From contig OX597828.1 in NCBI GenBank assembly GCA_951406725.2, forward strand, positions 1,798,001-1,862,000: a DNA stretch of 64,000 bases, read 5' to 3'. The position numbers and the translations under genes are program-made. Every line of letters begins with the position of its first letter. Position 1 is the stretch's first letter. This DNA is from Octopus vulgaris. Taxonomy: Eukaryota. Below, piece after piece: positions 1-13,289 of the stretch. The notes under the pieces are model-generated. The model saw only the letters and a program-made list of their open reading frames with translations. It had not been told where the DNA came from and ran no database searches.

Positions 1-1140
<1,140 letters not shown>

Positions 1141-1547
1141 TACTATCGTTCATCCTTTTAACCTTTTGTATATGTGCATGTGTCTGTGTGTTTGTGTATG
1201 CATATGCATATATGCATTCACACTTATACATATATATAAGAATTCACTTTTATGCAAATGAGTCTCATCAGGGTAATATCTGTCTAAAAGATAGTCAACA
1301 ATGTCATGCAAGGACTGCTAAATCATAAAATTAGACTGATTTAAAATATACCTATGTTTACAAGCGTTAGCGTAAATAATTTAAAACTAAAATGAATATG
1401 ATATAAACAAAGCAAAACTTTGTGCATAAATGTGTATGTATTTTTCTATATATATATGTGTGTGTGTGTATGTATGTGTATATATGTGTATATATGTATG
1501 TGTAGGTATTTGCGTATGTATCTATATACATTCTCTATGTAGATGTG

Positions 1548-1578
<31 letters not shown>

Positions 1579-1581
1579 ATA

Positions 1582-1749
1582 GGCGTAGGAGTTGATGTGT
1601 GGTAAGTATCTTGCTTAGAAACCACATGGTTCCAGGTTCAGTCTCATTCCGTGGTGCCTTGGACAAGTGACTTCTAGTATAGCCTCGGGCCGACCAAAGC
1701 CTTGTGAGAGGATTTAGTAGACGGAAACTGAAAGAAGCCCGTCGTATAT

Positions 1750-1807
<58 letters not shown>

Positions 1808-1995
1808 GTGTATGTGTTTGCCTCCCCAACATCGCTTGACAACCGATGCCGGTGTGTTTATGTCCCCGTTTTCTAGCGGTTCGGTAAAAGAGACCGATAG
1901 ACTAGGCTCAGAAAGAATAAGTCCTGGGGTCGATTTGTTCGACTAAAGGTGGTGCTCCAGCATGGCCGCAGTTAAATGACTGAAGCGAATAGAAT
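1582..1995 (+). mobile_element. Full-length tRNA-derived SINE (family A) with internal (TA)n
   Basis: Pol III A/B-box-like head (ggttcagtc), colinear with 60241-60690 including the internal microsatellite and the ggcggtgctccagcatggccgcagt tail. Confidence 0.9.
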
Positions 1996-2209
1996 TTTAA
2001 GACAAAATTAAATGTTTGTGTATGTGCATGTATATATGTATATCTATGTAGGTATGTATATGTATATATGATGTATGTGTATGTATATCTGGACATGTGT
2101 ATATATATATATATATGTAAAGATGTGAGTATGTATATATTTATATATGTGTGTGTGTGCATGCATGTAATTATGTATATATGTGTGCATGTGTGTATGT
2201 ATGTATATG

Positions 2210-2264
<55 letters not shown>

Positions 2265-2279
2265 GTGCTCATGTTTCTA

Positions 2280-2327
<48 letters not shown>

Positions 2328-2399
2328 GTATGTATATATATATGTGTGTGTATATATATTTAAATAAATGGATAAATAAATCAATGAATGTATGAACAA

Positions 2400-3830
2400 A
2401 AATATATTTCCTTGTGATATTTACCCAAACCTTATAATGTGACAACATTCTTTAGCGTAATTGTAGTTGAGGTCAAATGATTTGTAAGCTTTTTATTGAA
2501 ACTCAATGGTTTGTAGCTTTACATTAGTTTATTAATGAGGATATTTATAATATTTCAGTGGATTAATAACTAAATCTAGTATTAAGTACCATAATACATT
2601 TGTCTTATGTGTAATTTATATCACTACATTCGTAGTTAAATTTAAGACACGTTTTTATTATGCTATCATCTTTATATAAAATGATTATAAGTACATAAAT
2701 TAAATTTAATAATGATAATATATAAATAATTTTATAAAAGGCCCTATCGTGATTAAAATCATTTCTATTGTAAGTACGTATTTCCGGTTATTTTTCCGTA
2801 AGCAATGAATGTATTAGTATAAACACTGATCTTCAGTGGTATTTTCCTCTAATAAACTAAGTTAATTTGTGTCTTTTTCTTTGTTATTTACTGAGAATAA
2901 TGTTCAGATTAGTACGCACAAATAGATTAGAATAATTCTTAAATATAATAATATATCTTCTGGAATAATTATGCATATATGAATATTTCTTGTAGACCCT
3001 ATAATATTTGGTATATATCATCATCTTATGTTCTTTCGAACTTATATGCACATAAAAATTATAGAATAATAAAACTATTGGCTTACTCTAATACATTTCC
3101 TTCCGTAAAACTAAGTAAAATTCTGATACGTTATTTATTTTTTTATCATTATCATCTTTATGTAAGAAATAGTATAGTTTATAATAATCGTAACTTTATT
3201 CATTTGTTTAACATCGGCGTATTTAGTAGAAACTTTTGAATTAATGAATCGTCGATTAAATTTTTTTTTTCCATTTTAACGAATTTAGTGTCTGAATCAA
3301 ATATATCCTTTATTTTTTCGTTATAGTATATGGAAATTTTAATTCTTAACATATATTAATTTTATTATATAATAAAAATGGGCAGTGATTATTTTAGATT
3401 AAAATATCTTTAGATTAATATTATTAAAGGTGCATAAGAACAGTTTACGACCGTTATAATTGTTTTGATTTCGTCTATTTGAATTTTGGTTTTGTTTATA
3501 TTATATTTCTTATATTTTAAAATAATAAACGCTCACGCTTGTAAACGTAGGTATATTTTAAATCTGTCTATTTTATGATTTAGCAGTCTTTGCATGAAAT
3601 TTTTGTCTATTTTTTAGACAAATATTACCCCGACGAGACTCATATACATAAATGTGAATTTTTATAAATTCACTAGTGAATATGAATCGAAACAAATTGT
3701 AGGGTATATATTTGTTTAACTAATTGTTATATTATATCTTTTTATATTATACTGATAATACATTTTTAATATGTCAATTGTATTTCTCTATTTTCTGTAA
3801 TATATATATTGAAAGTATACCATTTTAAGT
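2400..3830 (+). mobile_element. Highly decayed AT-rich Penelope-like remnant ending in an HHR
   Basis: Extremely AT-rich block, weak GIY-YIG C-terminal traces near 3460-3560, terminal HHR motif at 3616-3717. Confidence 0.4.
3616..3717 (+). ncRNA. Type I hammerhead ribozyme motif (CCGACGA core, long helix II)
   Basis: CCGACGA at 3630; helix II GACTCATAT/ATATGAATC with inner GTGAATTT/AAATTCAC hairpin; GAAA; near-palindromic CAAATTG; GUA site; imperfect helix I. Confidence 0.65.
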
Positions 3831-3964
3831 TCAGATTTTTTCTCTACTATATTGTGGTATTTAACTGAAGAACCAGTGTAAATTGGATGCTTTCCATAGC
3901 TTAGAAAGAAACTGTTTTTTTCCTTGGATTGATTAATAATTATATGCATATATATTTCTCTGTC

Positions 3965-5150
3965 ATGTTGAAAACAGCGTTCGAAGGTGTTAAAAAAGGC
4001 GTAGTTCGAGTACAGAACTGGTGGTGGCTTGTTCAACCAACAGCGCTTCAAAGCAAAACCTAAGACTTTGGTGCAAGCAATTCGAGATCTACTCTTCGCA
4101 GACAAAGGTGCGCTTGTAGTATACACTCTCAAGGATATGCAATGGATTCTGAACAACTTCTCATGTGCATCGAAGGCTTTTGGTCTGACTATCAGCATCA
4201 AGAAAATTCAGCTTGTCCATCAGCCCATTCGTAACCATCTTCTCGCTTTTGCCCCTACTGTATATGTTGATGGGAAAACGTTAAAAACTTTTCCCTCCTT
4301 CACTTATCTTGGTTCCATTGTGTCCAATGATGGATAAAGAAATTGAGTCCAGAATCGGGAAGGCTAGCTCCACTTTCGTTAAAATTTATCATTGGCTTTG
4401 GAACATCCATAACGTATCATTGAAGGGGAAAGTCAAATGTATATAGATCAGTAGTCTTGACAACATTGCTTTTTGGTGCTGAATCGTGTATTCTGTAGCG
4501 AAAGCTCATCAACCAGCTTGACGCTTTTCATATGCGATGCTGCGTACTATTTTCAACATAAAACCGAGTGACAATATTGATAACAGTGAGGTACTAACAA
4601 AATGCAACATATCAGGTACTGAAGCCCTCCTCATAAAATACAGCTTAAATGGACAGGCCATCTCTCACATATGGCTGATACCAGAAATCCGAAGCAATTT
4701 CTCTTTCGCCAAATTTTAACAAGATCAGTTGGAAGGCCACTCTTGCGCTTCAAAGACAAATTAAAAGATAATCTGAAGCGATGCAACATTCCCTTTTCTT
4801 CCTGGGAAAACAAAGCATCAGAATACAGGACATGGCACCAGTCCTGCTTCTCCTCAGTTCAATGATTTGAGCACAGTCAGCTCCAGCATCGGGACCAACT
4901 TCGTTAAAATATGAAGGCGCATTGGCAAACGCTGCTCCTATAAATGGAAACCTTACCTGTCATTTTGGTTTTTCGGCACGAAGCAAAGCAGGCTTTGCCG
5001 TCCATTTGAGAAAACACGTAGTAAATGATCTACAAGCATTCAAGTAAATTGAGTCCTCAGCTTGTTCGATTTGTCAAAAGGTTTGCAAGGCACCAGCAGG
5101 CCTCAAGGGACACATTTGTGTCCTTAGAACATGATTAACGCTTTATTTTA
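3965..5150 (+). mobile_element. 5'-truncated, disrupted RTE (BovB-like) LINE: RT C-terminal half and tail
   Basis: ORF 4029-4337 has IRDLLFAD, FGLTISIKK and FTYLGS; ORF 4671-4865 has RSVGRPLLRFKDKLK. Multiple stops and frameshifts. Confidence 0.9.
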
Positions 5151-5186
5151 CTGAACCCTTATTTCTCGGTCACGATAAGAGAATCC

Positions 5187-5271
<85 letters not shown>

Positions 5272-5954
5272 CGTGTGTGTGTGTGTGTACGTGTGTGTGT
5301 GTGTGTGTGTATAATATTACTATATTACTACGGGTATATATATAATATTTATGATGAATGTCGTCTGAAGTAGCATGTTTTAATATTAGGAAAAAATGGA
5401 TAGAAGTAAATGCTTTCAGAATGAAGTACTTTTGTAACATTTCTTTAACATTATATAATTAAAGAATTTTTAATATGTATTTCTGCGAGAGATCAAACAA
5501 GAGAACAACAAAAATAGCAGGTATATCAGATTAAAGCAGAAAATCAATAACGTATCATACTTTATATGGATATCTCGAATCGTATATGTATATGAATACT
5601 AGTTTTTCAATGTTTTGATTGAAGCGAATTTGTCTTAATACCACCGTTACCTATGAATGATCAAATACACCGCACTAATACAGAATTATAATTTAGAATA
5701 TCAGAGTTAAAACATTAAGTATAAGATGCTGTCATTTATGGGTGAGTCAGGTAGTATTTAAAAACAAAAACTTGAATCTAAATGAAAGAAATAAGAAGAG
5801 ATTCTTTTTTTAGTAAAAGGACTACCAAACCATGAACAATACGTACACATACATACACACGCACATTTATGTACATGTATATATAGGTATAAATATGTAT
5901 GTGTATGTATATATACATATATATGTGTATATATATGTATGTGTATATATATAC

Positions 5955-6014
<60 letters not shown>

Positions 6015-6017
<3 letters not shown>

Positions 6018-6076
6018 TATGCGATGCTTGCGTAATATATACGCAAGCATCGTACATAAATATGTACGATGCTTGC

Positions 6077-6133
<57 letters not shown>

Positions 6134-6177
6134 TATGCGATGCTTGCGTACATAAAATATGCGATGCTTGCGTACAT
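6015..6177. repeat. Direct and inverted copies of a CGATGCTTGCGTA motif embedded in (TA)n
   Basis: Motif forward at ~6022, 6067, 6138 and 6162 and inverted at ~6040, forming overlapping hairpins. Confidence 0.85.
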
Positions 6178-6199
6178 CTTCAACATAAAACCGGGTGAC

Positions 6200-6816
6200 A
6201 AATTAAATGCAAATATAAATTACATTTCTTATCTAATAAGTTTAGCTAATTTTTGCGTATATATAAAATCCTATTTTATATTACTAATTTGTAGTAGATA
6301 TAATTTATTGTAGTATTAGTGTATAAATTAGCATGATATTAAATGTTGTATATTACATTATTTGGATACGTTTAAACTTGGATGTATCTTAAATAAATAA
6401 ATATATAAATTTATGAATATCTATTAATTATATTAATATAAATTAATTTAACTAAATTATATATATTTTAAGTATTTTAGTATTGATTATTTGGATTTTA
6501 AAATTTTCCTGTAAATAGTGAATTATAGTTTTACATTTTATTCTCTTATTCTAGAAGCTTAAACATCTTTCGTCATCTTCATTAATATAATACATACTTC
6601 TATGTATTTATTCTATTTATTTCACGAGTTAAATTTCTTATAAACTCTAAGTCCCACGTTTTTACGTTTAAAATTCAGTTAAGATATTTTCTAAGATAAG
6701 TCATGAATTTCTTTTTAAAACAATATTGTTGAATTTTGTTTCATTTTTATTGTAAAAATATTGATTTCCATATTATTATTTGTTAAATTTTAGTTACGAT
6801 ACGTAAATTTATTTAC

Positions 6817-6893
<77 letters not shown>

Positions 6894-7900
6894 GTTGTTG
6901 TTGTTGTTATTATCTTATGAACTATAATCTTAACGTATTACAAATAATTTACATTATGAAATAGTTTTGTAAGACAAAAGTAAATATTTTTAATAATAAT
7001 AGAAACTTTAGTTAATTCTATAAATGAGTGAAATATTAATTCTATGCATAAATTGAATTAATTATGTAATAAGTTTAACTAATTTGTGTGTATATATTTG
7101 AACCAATTTTCTATTTTTAATTCTTGTAGTTATTATTATGTATATAAGTTAGAATGAAGTTTTTAAGTATATATTACATAATTAGAATAAGATTATACTT
7201 AGATGTTTATTAAATAAATGCATAAATAAATAATTTAATGGATATAGATTAAATTATGGTAATTTAGCTTCACTTAATCTATATTATGTATTTTAAACAT
7301 TTTGTTTTAATTACTTGTACTTTAATTTTTCAGTAATGATATACTATAGTTTGTTATTTTCTTCTATAAGCTAAAATATATTTTCATAGATAAAATAAAT
7401 ATATCTATCTCTTAATTCTATTTTTATTTACACTACGTTTTTAACGAAATAAATTTATTAAGTCCTACGTATTAAGTTTAAAGATTTAGTTAACAGAATA
7501 TATTCAATAAGTCATGTTTTTATTTTAAGATATATTGTTGAATTTTGTTCGATTTTTATTGTAAAATACGTATTTTTATATATATTTATCTTTTCTTATA
7601 AGATAATATACGTACATTTATTTAATTATTCTATTGTTTTTATCTTAGACCTAATGAGTGACTATATTTAAATTGAATTGATTTTATTGTTATCAACTTG
7701 AAAATATAGCCACGAAACACGTGTAGTCTATTTTCTAATAATGTACAATGTACTATTTATTTATTATTTAGTACTTTATTTAGTTCTAGGTAAATGTTTT
7801 ATCGTATCTTTAATTTTTTTCTATATGGTATGATTTAAGTATATCATTGTTGAATTGCTTCGTGGTGGTTCTTCTATAATTTATATACATGTATTATATA
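6200..7900. mobile_element. Decayed AT-rich element with internal duplication (~6590-6810 vs ~7400-7625) and terminal HHR; probable PLE remnant
   Basis: Both copies share ataagtcatg...atattgttgaattttgtt..atttttattgtaaaa; (TTA)n at ~6818-6895; HHR at 7646-7730. Confidence 0.45.
7646..7730 (+). ncRNA. Type I hammerhead ribozyme motif, G5A core (probably inactive)
   Basis: TAGAC-CTAATGA-GTGACTATATTT...AAATATAGCCAC-GAAA-CACGTG-TA-GTCTA: perfect 5-bp helix I and palindromic helix III. Confidence 0.8.
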
Positions 7901-8324
7901 TACATATATATATATTTTATAAATAGTTTACATTTTATAAATGTGTGTGTGTTTGTATAATTATACATGTTAATTGCTTGTACCAGTTGGCAGGGATATA
8001 TGTCTTTATTATGTAAATTGGTCTAGCCTGTCCTTACTGTTAAACTTAGAGGGATTTAAGCAATGTGTTAGTGTATAGCTAATGAGTTGGAAGTGGTACT
8101 GATGAACGAGAATTAATTACTGAAATATGCATATGCACTTATTACCTATTTTTTCTATCTTCGATCGCTTTGTTTACATAGTCGTATTCGTATAAGATAC
8201 GTCGTAACTTTTAGTGCTGGATCTGTATTCAATGCAAAATCTATACACACACATATACACACGCACACACACATACACATACGCGCGCGCACATATATAT
8301 ATATATATATCGTGTAATGTATTA

Positions 8325-8433
8325 ATGTGAAGTTAAATATATGTCCGGCCATAGAGTGACTAATGGTTTCGCATCCATTAAGCGCTTAATGGCCGAGGGC
8401 ATATAACTTCTCTTCGAAATGGAGGTAGAAAAC
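8325..8433 (-). mobile_element. Short PLE-type repeat with HHR 3' half; paralogue of 51982-52125
   Basis: Shares tgaagttaa..tatatg.ccgg.catagag and tttcgcatccat with the 51982 copy; minus strand reads GGATGC GAAA CCATTAG TC ACTC. Confidence 0.65.
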
Positions 8434-9175
8434 TGTTACGGTCAGTTAATTTGTAAACCAGAGAATATATACTGTTTGAGCCTTAAACAGGACGAATTAT
8501 CTCCCTCAGACTGGTCCTGTTGGCAGATCATATGGACCTAAAGGGCGATAAGTTCCGGACTGGAAGTACGAGGAATCTCAGACTGCAGCAGGTAGCGCTT
8601 GAAATGAGAGCAGGGATATAGATTTCGTGTCTTGAGTTGAAGAGAGATTTCGGGTCCATCGAAACTTTAAACATATTTGCCCGCTCTGTTATGCAAAGCT
8701 TTCATTTATATAGGATCTCGGTTGCTCTATGAACCGCCATTTTATTTCGCATGGAGTTTCTTCATCCTTAATGCGCCACACGTGACTGACCAAGGACGTA
8801 GCGTAACGTCTCTCCGGAACCCTAAGAGAGACCTGTTGGTGTACAGGTACCGCTTAAAAGCAGTTCCGGCTGAACCGATATATCTCCGAATTGTTGCCAC
8901 TGCTGTTGCCGGAGCTGTCATTGGTGCTGTTATTACCGAGCGTGGGTCTGGCGATATCACTATAGTTGTCGCTGCAGTAGTAATTTCCAGTCGTAGTGTT
9001 GGTGGTGTTGCCGCTGTTGCCGATTGTGTTGTATTTGCCGTCGGTGTTGCTGGAGTTGGTGTGATCGTCTTCGGCCGTTGTGTTGGTGCTGTGCCGCGGT
9101 CGTTGCTGTCGGTGCTGATATTTCTGTCACTTAATGCGTTGCCGCTGCTGCTGCCTCCAGCATTGCCGTATTGAA
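8434..9175 (-). mobile_element. Probable LTR-retrotransposon 3' remnant: LTR 8434-8808, polypurine tract, Thr/Ala/Pro-rich ORF tail
   Basis: LTR bounded by TGTTACG...CGTAAC; minus-strand purine tract GGAGAGA adjoins it; the low-complexity minus-strand ORF resembles post-integrase tails. Confidence 0.45.
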
Positions 9176-9688
9176 AGATTGGAAAGTTCAGAGCCCTGGC
9201 TGAAATATCATCGAGAAAATGTGCGCAGAACTAAGAGAAGAGTTCGTCAGAAGAATCCACGCAGTCTTGAAGGGTTTGGGGGAGCTCAGTCACAAAGAAC
9301 AACATCTTATACTTGTGAAGATGGTGAAGGATTTGTACGCAACTCTTGTTAGGCACATTGAAGCAATTATCCAAGCTAAGGGAAGCCACACGAAATATCA
9401 ACAAGGTACAGTAACTTCTTGAAATGAACATAATGTAATAAATTTTCATCATATACATTTTTCTGTTTTAAAACACTGTATCTTGATTGGTTCATGTGAG
9501 GTGGCCGAAAACTTTTGCACGACCAATTTTGGTGGTCGTCTCACATCTTCCCTTCTCATTCAGAACCCCTACCACAAAATATAATGAGTAGATATGGAAA
9601 TGACTCCAACAAGGCCAATGTTTCATCTGGTAATTAGCAGAAATTTACAATAGTTTAATCTGGCCGAAGACTTTTGCACGGTACTGTA
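9176..9688 (+). mobile_element. Tc1-like transposon 3' fragment with IR/DR-type terminal repeat
   Basis: Transposase end (QSP.NIIE, IIQAKGSHTKY); TIR with two tggccgaa.acttttgcacg direct repeats ending actgTA; same TIR family as 30788-31035. Confidence 0.8.
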
Positions 9689-9692
9689 TGTA

Positions 9693-10979
9693 CGAGGGGC
9701 GTTCAATAAGTAATGCCCCTGGCCCACTTCCCATAGGAGTAGAGCAACGAAACTTGGAACAGTTATTAGTCTTTTTCTACATAGGAACCACCGAGTTACG
9801 CATTTCTTCCATCGTTTGATGCAGCTCTGAAGACCGTTTTTGTAGAAGACCCCAGCTTGGTCCTCCAACCACGACGTAACTTCAGAAATCAAGGCTGCAT
9901 CATCTGGGAAACGCTTTCCTTTCAAAAATAACTTCATGGCTGGGAAGAGGTGAAAATCAGAGGGTGCAAGGTCAGGAGAGTAGGGGGATGGGGGATGAGT
10001 TCATAGCCGCACGCCTGTGCTTCTGATCTGGCGACATGCGAGTTGTGGATCGGAGCGTTGTCCTGCAGGAGGAGGATGCCTTTGCTGATCTTGCCCCGCC
10101 TCTTGATTTTGATAGCTTCTCTTAATTTCCTCAAAAGTGAAGCATAATAGACTCCTGTAATTGTGGCACCCTTTGCCAGGAAATCTGTCTTCACTACTCC
10201 GTCTTGGTCCCAGAAGATTGTAAGCATGACCTTGCCAGCGGAGGGCTGCACCCTTGCCTTCTTTGGAGGAGGTGAGTCACGGTGCTTCCACTGCATTGAC
10301 TGGGCTTTGGTCTCTGGATCATAGTGATGGACCCAGGTTTTATCCTATGCAATCAGTCTTTTGAAAAATGTTGACTCATCTTCTTGGCACATCTCCAAAT
10401 TCATCCTCGAGCAATCGACGCTTTCTTGCTTCTGGAAAGGCGTGAGCAGCCTGGAAATCCATCTGGCAGACACCTTTTGCATATGCAAATGGTCATGAAT
10501 GATAGTTTCCACAGACCCGGTACTAATCTTGACCTGATGAGCTATTTGGCGAATAGTTATGCGTCGATCTTCCAAAATGGCAGCCTCAACTTGACAGACA
10601 GATGCATCATCAATGGCAGAAGGGGGCGACCAGGTCTGGGAGCTGTTTCCATAGAGTTCTGACCATGTTTGAATTCAAAATGCCAGCGTTTTACAAGGTC
10701 ATATGATGGGGCATCATCACCATAAGTTACTTTCATTTCATCAAAAATCTCCCGTGGTGTGCGACCTTTCAAATACAAAATCCGGATCACTGCTCGACAC
10801 TCAACATACTCCATTTCACACTTGACTCAGTTCAAACACCTGTAAATCGGAAACCACAATTAGTTCAGAGCTGTAATTTGCTACTTAATCTATAGAGATA
10901 TAAATAATTGCACATGCAATTTCAGCTAGATCAAACAACTGCAAGTGGGTCAGGGGCATTACTTATTGAACGCCCCTCG
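9693..10979 (-). mobile_element. Full-length mariner (irritans-like), transposase pseudogene
   Basis: Perfect TIRs cgaggggcgttcaataagtaatgcccctg with TA duplication; ORF pieces RAVIRILYLKG, YGDDAPSY, SAGKVMLTIFWD, LLQDNAPIH split by frameshifts. Confidence 0.95.
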
Positions 10980-10992
10980 TATTTATACATTT

Positions 10993-11262
10993 GAAGGCGC
11001 CTGACCCAGTTTGTTAGGGTATTGCACTCACGATGGCAATATCGTGGTTTAGGTTCCCAGACTGGGCATTGTGTCGTGTTCTTTAGCAAAGCACTACCTT
11101 TCACGTTGCTCTGCGATCATTTTGTCATCTGACATGCGGTACACCTATACAGGTAATGTCGAGTTGGTGGAGAGAATGAACTTACGTGAACACAAAAATT
11201 TGATCACTATAAACAAATAATCTGTGTGGTTGTTCGGCCAGACATTACCGAACCCTCTTTCG
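10993..11262 (+). mobile_element. tRNA-derived SINE (family B-like), diverged
   Basis: gaaggcgc head and gtgttcttt.agcaaagcact..tttcacgttgctc central block shared with the 54420 copy. Confidence 0.7.
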
Positions 11263-11264
11263 TC

Positions 11265-11315
<51 letters not shown>

Positions 11316-11599
11316 TTCTTTATTACATAATTTACATTCTTCCTCTGAAGAAGGAGCTGGTTTCTAACAAAGATACAAACCTTCATCTTTAGAATGTAGA
11401 TGAGGAAAACAGTGTCACATTTTAAACCTGTGAAAGTCTTGCTTAGTTTTACTGTTTTGATTACAGATTGCATTTGTTGTCATTTTCTAAAAATCCAATC
11501 ATATTCAGACTGACAATTAGGCATTTACTTACAAAATCAAATGCCCCAGTTATTATTGGTAAATGTAAGTCCGGATACATTTATTATTATTTATACTTG

Positions 11600-12328
11600 G
11601 TTTAGATGTAAGTATCCAAGTAAAACGGTTTAGAAATAGAGTCCAAGTAAAATACGATTAGTACTTAGCTTGCAGGTGCTGTAGTGTTGATTTCGTCGGA
11701 GGGTGTGTTGTTAGTTTCAGCCACAATTGTGATAGCGTAAACCCACGTGGTATAAGGTATATTTTAAAAATCCGGTCTGAATAACGCCGCGTTGGTTGGT
11801 AAAAGGTGTTTCTCTTATTTGTAATAGGAGAAATAAACCAGTTACTGTTTTAGGCTAGAGGAGTCGGCATAAATATAACCCCACCAAACTTGCTTGGTGA
11901 GGAGGGTGTTTACTGGACACCCTGCGGGATGAAAATCAAAATCCGTCAAAGGGCGGAGGAACTCTTGAGAGTCAACGGCCATCCTATAAATGTCTTAAGG
12001 CTGTATCATGCGCGGGGACATAGAAATAATCGGACTGAATACCCGATCGCGCGGTTAAACCATTGGGAGTGAAGGACTCCTAGCCTTTGTTAGGGCATCC
12101 TTCTAGGAGAAGGTAACTCAGGTAACTGGGATAATTCCGATATAAAACCTGCGGCTCAGTGGTTACCGATGATGTTGACTTGTTCTTCTTTTCGGATTAT
12201 GGCTGCTGTTGCTTAGTGAGTGGGATTGACTCAGTGCACAGCCTTTCCTTACTTTAAAAAAATCTTCTTGCACATTGATTAAATTTCGTGCAATGGCCAT
12301 ACTCGATAACGAGGGGGCAGCCACCATG
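11600..12328 (+). mobile_element. Non-coding, relatively GC-rich interspersed element, possibly a non-autonomous RTE derivative
   Basis: No credible ORF; contains tagggcatccttctaggagaaggtaactc (~12090-12119), resembling the motif of RTE 5' UTRs; ends at (TATG)n. Confidence 0.45.
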
Positions 12329-12659
12329 TATGTATGTGTGTGTGTATGTACGTATGTATGTATGTTTGTATGTGTGTATGTATGTGTATATGTATGTATG
12401 TATGCATGCATGCAGGTATGTATCATGTATCTTGGGGATGCTTATGTAAAATAAAAATAGGTATATTTGGATACGTGCCTATTATTGTCAAAAAGCAAAC
12501 GGATACGTTGGAATAGGTAGCCTGATTGATGATGTTCTTTACCAAAATGCTCTGATCCTATGTCTGCACCGTCAGAAAATTGGTCCTTGTGACACTGACT
12601 GTATATTGCATTTCTTAAAGTGGAAAGCGGGCAGAATCGATAGCCCGCAGGAGAAAAAG

Positions 12660-12830
12660 CTCAGCGGCATTTCGTCCATCTTTACGTTTAAAGTTCAAAT
12701 TCCAACGAGGTCTCCGTTACCTTTCATCCTCCGGAGTCAATAAAATAAGTACCAGTCGAACAGTGGGGACGACCTAATTGAGTAGCCCCCTACAAACACA
12801 TTTTAGGCCTTGTGCCTATAGTAGGAAGAA
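12660..12830 (+). mobile_element. SINE fragment (family C, Nin/Deu-domain-like)
   Basis: agttcaaattcc...ctttcatcct..ggagtcaataaaataagtaccagt; reverse complement of 29580-29770 and 43610-43817. Confidence 0.7.
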
Positions 12831-13289
12831 ATATTACATGAGAGTAACACTATATTGTAATACATATCAATCGCTGATTAACTCGGATTTCATGTGAAGA
12901 ACATATATCTTTTTCAATTATATGAACTATTTAATCTAATTTAATCTCAATTTGATATTACGTAATTTACTCTGAGTAGTAAAAGTCGTAGTTGTATCGT
13001 TGTTAACATAATATGCTATTTAGCCTGTAAATGATCGCTGATAAATAACCAACTCCAACTTTACTTCTGAAGAATTAATAATATGTACATAAGAGCCTAT
13101 ATAAACATCAAAGGTTTTTGAGTTGCAACCCCTCATTTTACGAACATCTCTAATTATTCATTTAAGTAAATGACTAATAAAGAACTACTGAAATATAAGC
13201 TATATCTTTAAAAAAACTTTATGCAGAAACTTATAATTCCCAAATATTCAAGAATTAATATGCATTAATCGGAAATAAAAAGAACATCT

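Noticed and set aside
8677-9174. Hydrophobic 165-aa plus-strand ORF resembling a membrane protein
   Set aside because: Antisense reading of a Thr/Ala-rich low-complexity retroelement tail.
12875-12925. Minus-strand TTGAAAA...GAAA hammerhead-like motif
   Set aside because: Core and helices are too degenerate; could be chance in AT-rich DNA.
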